Of a stretch of 64,000 nucleotides of DNA, positions 56,925 to 64,000 are shown one piece after another (position 1 is the first letter of the stretch; every line of letters begins with the position of its first letter). Under the pieces are notes generated by a model. It was not told the origin of the DNA, did no database searches, and worked only from the letters and a program-made list of their open reading frames with translations. The DNA lies in contig OZ219802.1 of assembly GCA_964291655.2 (NCBI GenBank), positions 2,528,001-2,592,000 of the forward strand. The letters run 5' to 3'. The translations under genes and the position numbers were made by a program. The stretch comes from Chloroflexota bacterium (GTDB lineage Bacteria; Chloroflexota; UBA11872; VXOZ01).

Positions 56925-57842
56925 ATGTACCCAAACGGCGCACAGTTTTGCCTTAGCCTGACCTTCGACGTGGAGATGTGCACCAATTTTCCGTATTGGA
57001 CGTCGGTGTGGGACCATCGCAAGGGCGCCATCGATGCTGACTGCAAGCAATACATCCAGAAGCTGAACGCGGTGGCGGCGAATTACGGCGTCAAGCTGCA
57101 CTACTTCCTGGTGGGCAGCGCGTTGGAAGACCCTGACCTCGACTACCTAAAGCAGGCCGTTGACGCCGGTCACGCGCTCGGCAACCATACGTATTCTCAT
57201 ATTAATGTGCGGGCGCAAGAGATCCCACAGCTCCAGGTGACGTATGCCTCAGCACCATGGCGGGCCCACGGCCGTACCGCGCTCACGTGCATCCGCGACG
57301 AGCTTCGCCAGACCAGCAGCGCCATGCGGGAGGTATTGGGCGTAAATCCAGTGGGATTTCGCACGCCGGGCGGGTTCGTTGACGGCTTACACAGCGTGCC
57401 TGCGGTGCAGGAGCTATTGAAAGATGAGGGCTTTGGCTACGCTTCTTCGCACTTTCGTTTTCCGGTCGACCCCACGCACAAGCGACCCCCGCGAGAGCGA
57501 TTAGAAACGGCCATGCGCGAGAGTCTCGACTCGCTGCAGCCGTACCGCTATCCCAACGGCCTGCCGGAGCTCCCGCCCACGGGCATAACCGACATTTGGG
57601 GGTTCCGCTATCTGGACCTGGACCGCTGGGAATTCATCAACCTGCTCAAGCACGGCATCGACCACGCTCACGCCAACGGTCAGGTGCTGACCATGACGTT
57701 CCATCCGCCGGTTTTGGCCGCCAGAGACCCGCACTGCGATGTACTGGAAACGGTGTTGCCCTATGCGCTGGGGAAGCCCGGCGGCTGCTGGGTCGCCACG
57801 AATGACGAGGTTTACGAACACGTCGTGCCGAATGTCGCATAG
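56925..57842 (+). CDS. Polysaccharide deacetylase family protein
   Basis: LTFDVE, GNHTYSH, GFRTPGG, FHP. Confidence 0.85.
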   Translation: MYPNGAQFCLSLTFDVEMCTNFPYWTSVWDHRKGAIDADCKQYIQKLNAVAANYGVKLHYFLVGSALEDPDLDYLKQAVDAGHALGNHTYSHINVRAQEIPQLQVTYASAPWRAHGRTALTCIRDELRQTSSAMREVLGVNPVGFRTPGGFVDGLHSVPAVQELLKDEGFGYASSHFRFPVDPTHKRPPRERLETAMRESLDSLQPYRYPNGLPELPPTGITDIWGFRYLDLDRWEFINLLKHGIDHAHANGQVLTMTFHPPVLAARDPHCDVLETVLPYALGKPGGCWVATNDEVYEHVVPNVA

Positions 57843-57891
57843 TTGCCGAATCACGGCAGGAAGTGCGGCATACTCCATTCGAAAGGTCATT

Positions 57892-58058
57892 GTCGCGCGG
57901 GGGCTTGTCCCCAATGCTGTCGCGCTTAAGCATGATGGCGACAGACAACGCGCTTCACATTCCCGGTAGCGCAGGTGTGCAACCTGCGTTCCTGCAAGGT
58001 CAATACTTTGCGTGCCTGTTACTTTTTGCCTTTGGCGCGGGACAAGCCCCCGTGCTAC
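57892..58058. repeat. Inverted pair of GTAG-type REP-like motifs (REPIN-like)
   Basis: CGCGCGGGGGCTTGTCCC ... GGGACAAGCCCCCGTGCTAC; same family as 19381-19482. Confidence 0.65.
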
Positions 58059-58190
58059 TTTAGTGCGACAACATTGGGGCTTTTCCTCCGCTCCGGTGTC
58101 AAGCAAGTCCTTAGCGAGCGGCGCGCATTTACACCATTCGAAGGTGGAACCTGAGTGAGGAAGTTCCACTTCTTCTAGGTGCGCAAGGGT

Positions 58191-58218
58191 GTAGGGGCAC
58201 GACATGTCGTGCCCCTAC
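58191..58218. repeat. Perfect 28-bp GTAG-type palindrome, second copy
   Basis: GTAGGGGCACGACATGTCGTGCCCCTAC. Confidence 0.85.
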
Positions 58219-58321
58219 GTGCCATACTCTTACCAAATGGCTCATTCCACAGTGAGTGTAAAGCCCACGGCAGAGACAAGACCATAGGAATATTCGCGCG
58301 TAAAGCTAAGGAGATGGACTC

Positions 58322-59530
58322 GTGAGAAAGACGATTGACGAGATCGGCGTGACCTTCGACACGGAGTTTGAAGCGGCCGCGGCGGAAGACGTATCCCTGG
58401 CCGAAGACGGGACCGTGCATCTCTATACCCGCGTCGATCCCAAGCCCACTGGCTTCGACGAACACTTCAAAGGCGTACCCACGCAGTACCGCTACAGCGT
58501 GCGCGTCACGGCGCACCGGGAGACGCCCGCGCTGCGCATTCACGTGCATACAGACAGAGAGCTGGGTGGCTGGTACATCCAGTTTGGAGGCTTTGTGAAG
58601 CGCGCGGGCGGCTGGGAGCCGATTCCATTAGAAAACGCCACCAACGTGCCGGACACCAGCGATGTGCTCATCACGCTCTCGCTCCGTGAAGGCGAATCCG
58701 TGGTGCTGGGCAGCATGCCGTTCATCGCGCCGTCGGAATTGGAGACGCAACTCGAGGCGCTCATGCGCACGGAAAGTCACGTCTGGTCGACGCGTGTCTT
58801 GGCCGAGACGGCGAAAGGGCGCAAGATTTGGGCGCTGGAGACTGCGCCACGGGACAAGCGCATCGTGGTGGCGGGCACCTCGCAGGGCGCGGAGCCGGTG
58901 GCAGAAAGACTGGTGGAATTGGCGCGGCGGCTCACGGTCGATCTCACGGACTCGCGCTGGCTCTTGGACAACTACCAGGTGAGTTTGGTGCCGATGATCA
59001 ATCCCGACGGCGCGGCGGAGGGTCACAGTTTGCTCAACGGCAGCGGCGAGGTGGTGGCCGGCGGCTACAAAGCGGCGGTTTCCGGCGAGCCGTGCCCGGT
59101 GGAGAGCAAGGCCTTGGCAGACTACGTCGGGCTGGCACCAACCCAAGCCTATCTCGAATTCCATGCCCACTACCGCACGATTCCCCCGGGAGAAGAAGAT
59201 CACCTGGGCGTGCGCAAGCTGCACTTGCTCAATCCCGGCATGACGGACATCTATCCGCCGGAAACGGACCCGGAGTACGTCGACCGCTTCAACGCCGTCA
59301 TGCGCCAGCGGCTGGGCGATCACAACGACCACCGCCCCATCGGCCAGTGGTGGAAACCGGCGGCGTTCTTTACCCCCAACCTCGCCCGGCTGCATCACCA
59401 TTGCATGTTCTACGCCGTGCAGTCGTGGAACTACGATCTTCAAGCCACCACAGCCTGGGCAGAACGCTACCTCTACGCCGCGGCGGAAAGCACCGCCATC
59501 GCCAGCGGCGAACCCACCTGGCGAGAGTGA
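58322..59530 (+). CDS. M14-family carboxypeptidase-like protein (divergent)
   Basis: T.KGR.I, VPMINPDG, ES.A, EFH; canonical HxxE and NR motifs altered. Confidence 0.65.
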   Translation: MRKTIDEIGVTFDTEFEAAAAEDVSLAEDGTVHLYTRVDPKPTGFDEHFKGVPTQYRYSVRVTAHRETPALRIHVHTDRELGGWYIQFGGFVKRAGGWEPIPLENATNVPDTSDVLITLSLREGESVVLGSMPFIAPSELETQLEALMRTESHVWSTRVLAETAKGRKIWALETAPRDKRIVVAGTSQGAEPVAERLVELARRLTVDLTDSRWLLDNYQVSLVPMINPDGAAEGHSLLNGSGEVVAGGYKAAVSGEPCPVESKALADYVGLAPTQAYLEFHAHYRTIPPGEEDHLGVRKLHLLNPGMTDIYPPETDPEYVDRFNAVMRQRLGDHNDHRPIGQWWKPAAFFTPNLARLHHHCMFYAVQSWNYDLQATTAWAERYLYAAAESTAIASGEPTWRE

Positions 59531-59777
59531 GAGCGAGCTGGGTAGCAACTCTATCGATGCCAGTGAGTGCCAGAGGGGATGGTCGGGCAGCAGACGTAGG
59601 AGGCGGTATGGTCAGCCGCTTGGCCCATGCCTTCTGTTTCCACGATTCAGTTGGCGGGAGCCTTGGTACTTCACTGGTTGCGAGTGCCCGCTGCGCCTGA
59701 ATTGCCCATTGGTTTTGCCTTAGGCAACTGGAAGCCGTAGCTGACTTTTAAAGCAGTTCCTATCAAAATTGCATCCA

Positions 59778-62700
59778 TTATCGGTTCTCAAAGGGTCTCC
59801 AATATATCAGAATTCTGTTGCGGTTTTGATCGGCCACGTACAGGTTGTCGTTTTCATCGAACGTTGCCGCATACGGCATTGAGCCAAGGTCCTTCAAGAA
59901 TCCGTTTGGGGTAGTGTTTGGACCGAGCGGGCTATCGTAGTAGCCGACGAATCTGGGCGCCATGTAGCTGTTGTAACCCACCACCATTCTGTTCGTGCTG
60001 TCGAAGGCTGGTTCCCACGTGGCAGTCTGCCTTGATCTTAGGTAGACTCTGCCGGTTTCAACCGTTTGACCGGGATCCCAAGCATTTGCAAAGTACCTCT
60101 CTTCCACCGCGCCCAAGTCAGTGAAGACCTTCGTGGCGGCAGGAGCAAAGATGGCTGACGCATTGTCAGCAGTGGTTACGTCCGGAGGGAATACCAAGAG
60201 CCGCCAATTGCCCGCGACTTCCAGTGAGTGGTCGGAGACGAAGAGGTTGCCGAGCCTGTCAATAGTGAGTGCGCCCGGGAAGCAGAGCATGTCGGCTGCA
60301 GGCGCGCCACCTACGTCCTGGGGCCTATCCCACGGCCCAATGTAGGCTCTGCGATTGCACTTGTTCCCCGTCGCACTCTTCTGTCCCAGAATCACGTCAA
60401 CGACAGGTTCACCCAGTGGATTGCGCAGCCGCAGCACGCGGTGATTATACGCATCGCTGATCCACACTGCTTCACCGTTGCCTACGGGGGCTATGCCGCG
60501 AATGTAGGGGCCCCTGGATACGTCCGCCCTTTCTCCTGGGACTCTAAATGTGGTAGGGCCAAGCCAAACCCGTTCACTTGATCCCAGCACCGGAAAGCTT
60601 GCCTGTAAAGTCGAAATGGTCTTTATCGGCTCCGAATGTGTGGTCAAGGGTAGCTGATAGACATTGATGTACCGTGTGACGTCAGTGCCCAAGACCCATA
60701 GCCTTCCCGCCCCATCTACTTTGATCTGGCCGCAGCACGTTTCCCGGGCAGGTGTCCAATGAGTTTCGCCGACCACGCCGTCAGCGGGCTGGCCGTTCCT
60801 GAGCCCGGCTACCCCATTCCAAAAAAGCAACCGCTTGGTATCCGCGGCGATTAGCTGGTCTTTGAATACCGCAACACCTGTTCCGTTGCGGATTTCCCGA
60901 TCCCCCTTAAAGTTGATCCCACCGGGTGGATAGAATAACCGCTTGTCTGGCTCGCCGATAGAGCTCGCTTGCGTATTCAGTCTGCTGGCGGGGAAGCGGT
61001 AAACATCCTGGGCAAATAAAATCAATGGCAACAAGAGATTCCCTGAACTATCGATGCCGATGCCTCCCCCACTTCGGCCCGGTATGGACATGAGTGGCGC
61101 TCCAGTTCCAGAGTCTCGCATGTTCCAGAAAACAAGACCATTGCTATCGGAGCTCGTTATCCACATCCCGTTCTTGATTGGATCTACTTCTAGCGTCGTC
61201 GGGCGGTTTAGGTTGGAACTGAACATGGAAGTTGCCGGCATTCCTGATGAGTATGGAGGCGTGAAGACCAGTATGCGATCGTTGCCTTTGTCGGCTACGT
61301 AAACATGGCCTTGTGCGTCGGACCTGACTGCCGCAGGGGAGTCAAGCTGACTAAGTCCGGTGCCCCATTCATTGCTTTGAAAGTTTGGTTGACCGAGCAC
61401 CAAGTCGGCCTGCTTGGCGATAGAGCCAGTGGCGTGATTCAGGGGAAAGCGCAATACACGATGATTGGCGGCATCCGCCACCCAGAGGTTACCCGCGGGA
61501 TCGGTTTCCACACCGCTGGCGAACCAGCCCAAGCCCACACGAGATCGGAAAGAGCTTGAGTGGAAGCACAGAGTTTCCCGCGTAGGCTGCATGCCGGGTC
61601 TATCGCGGTTGCAGACTATGCCGGAAAAGTCACTTTGTCCCCAGACCTCATCGGCAATGGAGTCAGTCTCGAACGGACGATTGTATTTCAGGACGCGGTT
61701 ATTCAGGGAATCCGGTACGTAGAGGTTGCCGTGGGCGTCGACTGCCATGGTCACGAAGGTGTGTTCTTCGTCCACCGAAATGGCGACATCGGTGATGCCG
61801 CAGAGGGTCTTGGCACTGGCTGCGGCCCGTACGGGATAATTCTGCACATTGGAATCGCCGTTGCAGGCAGAGTGATCGAACGCTGACGGTTGGCCGATAA
61901 CTACGTCTGCCGAACAGGGTCCCTCCCCGGCATAACACGTGCTCAGGTCAATTCCCAAGATTCGGCTGTTGCCTGCGTCCCAAATGTAGGCCCTGCCCGG
62001 AGAAACTGAGCGATCGACAACCACACCGCCCGGGTTGAACACCTTGAATGGTACTACTTGCTCCTCAGAGACTTGCGAAAAGTCCGGCTGGCCGATGATG
62101 ACGTCGGCCCAGAGGTCACCGGATACGCCTCTGACAGCTTTCGTGCGGGGAAAGGGAGCGAAGTCATTCAGAATCCGAGGTTTGCCCATCAGGTCTGTAA
62201 ATGCCGACCGCGAGTTGCGCGCCCAGTCAATGAGGTCTGAAACCCTATTCAGCTCAAACTCAAAGCCTCGATATAGCGGCGGCTGGCTGCGAATGCCGTC
62301 ACGCACCCAGGGCAGTGCCGCTATCGCCGCCGCAGCCTCGGGATCGCTGCGTCTCAGAGACAAGAGAGCGGCAACTACTGTGACGTTCTTGGCAGTGGCT
62401 AAGCCTAACGCGGGGTGAGATAGCGTCTCTTGCAGTGCGTTTGAGTTGAATCCCAATTCGACGTTCAGCGCTCGCAAGGCATCCACGTCTGCACGTTCAA
62501 TGCTGAACAAGAAGTGTGTGCGGATAAGCTGCAGCACGCCAGATTCATCAATGGCACTCATGGCAACAAGCTGTTCGAGTGCTGCCAACTCTACCTCGTT
62601 GCGTGGAGGCAGCCATTTCATCCGAGACGCAATCAAAGTGCCCAAGGCGTGAGGAGACCTTCCACCGAGCTCCTGCAATGACGCAACAGCTTGCTCTTCC

Positions 62701-63158
62701 AAGCTCGTCAAGCCGTCCCGCACCCACGGCAGGTTCTGCAATATTTGTACCGCCATGGCGGACGCATCCGGGGTCGGAGTAGGTGGAGGCGTCGGGATGG
62801 GAGTAGGCGTTGCGATGCCACCGCCGGGGGCGTAGTCGGCTTCCCACGCAAAGCGCTCGGTGTCGAGGCGCTGTTCCAGGCCGTTGGGGCCGTCGATCCA
62901 GGTGCGGTAGCCGTCGGTGAAGGCGGTCCGGTTATCGGCTTTGCGCCAGACCAGGAGGCCGCCGGTGGTTTGTTGCAGGGCATCGCCGTTGGCGCCGTGG
63001 CGCTCGTTTTCCAGGCACTCGCCTACGATGTCATGGCCGATAAGGTCGCGGAGAGTCGCAAAGCCGAGCACGAACTGGCACTCCGCGGCTACGGCAGTAC
63101 TGGGCAGGAGAAGAAAGAGAGCCAAGGCAAGGAGCAGGGCAATTCGTTTCACTGTCAC
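59778..63158 (-). CDS. Large secreted modular protein with NHL-like beta-propeller repeats
   Basis: Signal peptide, compact N-terminal domain, PT linker, two LPWVRDG motifs, repeated G.L.V.D..N.RVL and AD.V.GQ..F. Confidence 0.85.
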   Translation of the reverse strand: MTVKRIALLLALALFLLLPSTAVAAECQFVLGFATLRDLIGHDIVGECLENERHGANGDALQQTTGGLLVWRKADNRTAFTDGYRTWIDGPNGLEQRLDTERFAWEADYAPGGGIATPTPIPTPPPTPTPDASAMAVQILQNLPWVRDGLTSLEEQAVASLQELGGRSPHALGTLIASRMKWLPPRNEVELAALEQLVAMSAIDESGVLQLIRTHFLFSIERADVDALRALNVELGFNSNALQETLSHPALGLATAKNVTVVAALLSLRRSDPEAAAAIAALPWVRDGIRSQPPLYRGFEFELNRVSDLIDWARNSRSAFTDLMGKPRILNDFAPFPRTKAVRGVSGDLWADVIIGQPDFSQVSEEQVVPFKVFNPGGVVVDRSVSPGRAYIWDAGNSRILGIDLSTCYAGEGPCSADVVIGQPSAFDHSACNGDSNVQNYPVRAAASAKTLCGITDVAISVDEEHTFVTMAVDAHGNLYVPDSLNNRVLKYNRPFETDSIADEVWGQSDFSGIVCNRDRPGMQPTRETLCFHSSSFRSRVGLGWFASGVETDPAGNLWVADAANHRVLRFPLNHATGSIAKQADLVLGQPNFQSNEWGTGLSQLDSPAAVRSDAQGHVYVADKGNDRILVFTPPYSSGMPATSMFSSNLNRPTTLEVDPIKNGMWITSSDSNGLVFWNMRDSGTGAPLMSIPGRSGGGIGIDSSGNLLLPLILFAQDVYRFPASRLNTQASSIGEPDKRLFYPPGGINFKGDREIRNGTGVAVFKDQLIAADTKRLLFWNGVAGLRNGQPADGVVGETHWTPARETCCGQIKVDGAGRLWVLGTDVTRYINVYQLPLTTHSEPIKTISTLQASFPVLGSSERVWLGPTTFRVPGERADVSRGPYIRGIAPVGNGEAVWISDAYNHRVLRLRNPLGEPVVDVILGQKSATGNKCNRRAYIGPWDRPQDVGGAPAADMLCFPGALTIDRLGNLFVSDHSLEVAGNWRLLVFPPDVTTADNASAIFAPAATKVFTDLGAVEERYFANAWDPGQTVETGRVYLRSRQTATWEPAFDSTNRMVVGYNSYMAPRFVGYYDSPLGPNTTPNGFLKDLGSMPYAATFDENDNLYVADQNRNRILIYWRPFENR

Positions 63159-63476
63159 CTCTCCAATTATTCCGCAGTAGGTCGAAAGGATAGCCTAGTA
63201 CTGGGTGCAGCGTACAGAAGCAGCGAAACCATTGTACCTGAGAGGTCAATACGAATGCTGAATATATTGCCGAGTGCAGGGCAAGTAGGGAATTGCGCGA
63301 AGAAGGGGCGCAGCCGCAACAGAAGTAGATGTGCCGAGTTTACTTGGGGCAGGGATGCGGCCGGCGCAGGTTACGTACAGACTAGGCGTGGCTTTGCAGC
63401 GCCTACAGCGGTCGCACATTCTGATGCAATGGCGGTATTTGCAGTTCAAGCCATGCAATTGTGGAGAACTCTGCGG

Positions 63477-64000
63477 CTAGCGGGATGGGTTGTTGAACGG
63501 TTTCCAGTATATGAGCACCCTATTGCGATTGAGGTCGGCGACGTACAGGTTATCGTTTTCGTCGAATGTGGCCGCGTATGGCATCGAGCCCAAGTCGTTG
63601 AAGAAGCCGCTGGGCACGGTGCTCGGGCCGAGAGGATCGTCGTAGAACCCGACGAATCTCAGCCCCATGTAGCTGTTGAAACCCACCACCATCCTGTTCG
63701 TGCTATCGAATGCGGGTTCCCAGGCGGCAACCCTGTCTACCTGCGAGTGACCGCTTACCTTTGTAGCGTGTCTCGGCTCAAAACGTCGTGGCTGGAGGTA
63801 TTTGCCTTTTACTACGCCCAAGCTATCAATTACTTTGGTCGCGGAGGGCGCATAGATCACTGTTTGATTGTCGAATGGGATTGAGCCGGCTGCAAAGACG
63901 AGGAGCCGATTGTTGCCGGCTACTTCCAGTGAGTGGTCGGAGACATAGAGGTTGCCAAGCCGGTCAATAGAGAGCGCGCCCGGGAAGCAGAGCATGTCGG
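63477..64000 (-). CDS. Paralog of the NHL-like protein (3' end only; runs off the window)
   Basis: C-terminal ~170 aa closely matches 59778-60300 (MLCFPGAL.IDRLGNL.VSDHSLEVAGN, WEPAFDSTNRMVVG, DLGSMPYAATFDENDNLYVAD). Confidence 0.85.
   Translation of the reverse strand, partial: DMLCFPGALSIDRLGNLYVSDHSLEVAGNNRLLVFAAGSIPFDNQTVIYAPSATKVIDSLGVVKGKYLQPRRFEPRHATKVSGHSQVDRVAAWEPAFDSTNRMVVGFNSYMGLRFVGFYDDPLGPSTVPSGFFNDLGSMPYAATFDENDNLYVADLNRNRVLIYWKPFNNPSR

Noticed and set aside
59778-64000. Diversity-generating retroelement TR/VR pair
   Set aside because: Differences between the paralogs are not adenine-specific, both copies are coding, and no reverse transcriptase is present.

Overview
GC-rich bacterial chromosomal window, most likely from a Chloroflexota organism. 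This is inferred from the Chloroflexota-type 'GHTI...FGYP...QYFQRARLE' surface repeats, the many Tat/lipoprotein solute-binding proteins and the RpoB/RpoC insertions. Core genes are pyk, rpiB, tal, a pgi-like gene, zwf, proS, pdhA-pdhB-pdhC-lpdA, dtd, rpoB-rpoC, secA, rpsO and a Zn/Mn ABC transporter. Accessory genes include six orphan sugar-type solute-binding lipoproteins, a PaREP1/HEPN protein, a frameshifted DUF1640-like gene inside the PDH operon, and tandem modular NHL-like surface proteins. Intergenic DNA is dense with several REP-like palindrome families. The most striking structure is a 287-bp non-autonomous IS481-like element (TGT...ACA ends, 50-bp TIRs, transposase N- and C-terminal remnants). 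It is present twice, each time inserted at the same position of the same REP hairpin family (CCCTCTCCC/GGGAGAGGG) but in opposite orientations; one copy sits inside a ~10-unit tandem array of that REP. No rRNA, tRNA, CRISPR array or intact transposase was recognised. All family assignments come from motif recognition by eye, not database searches.
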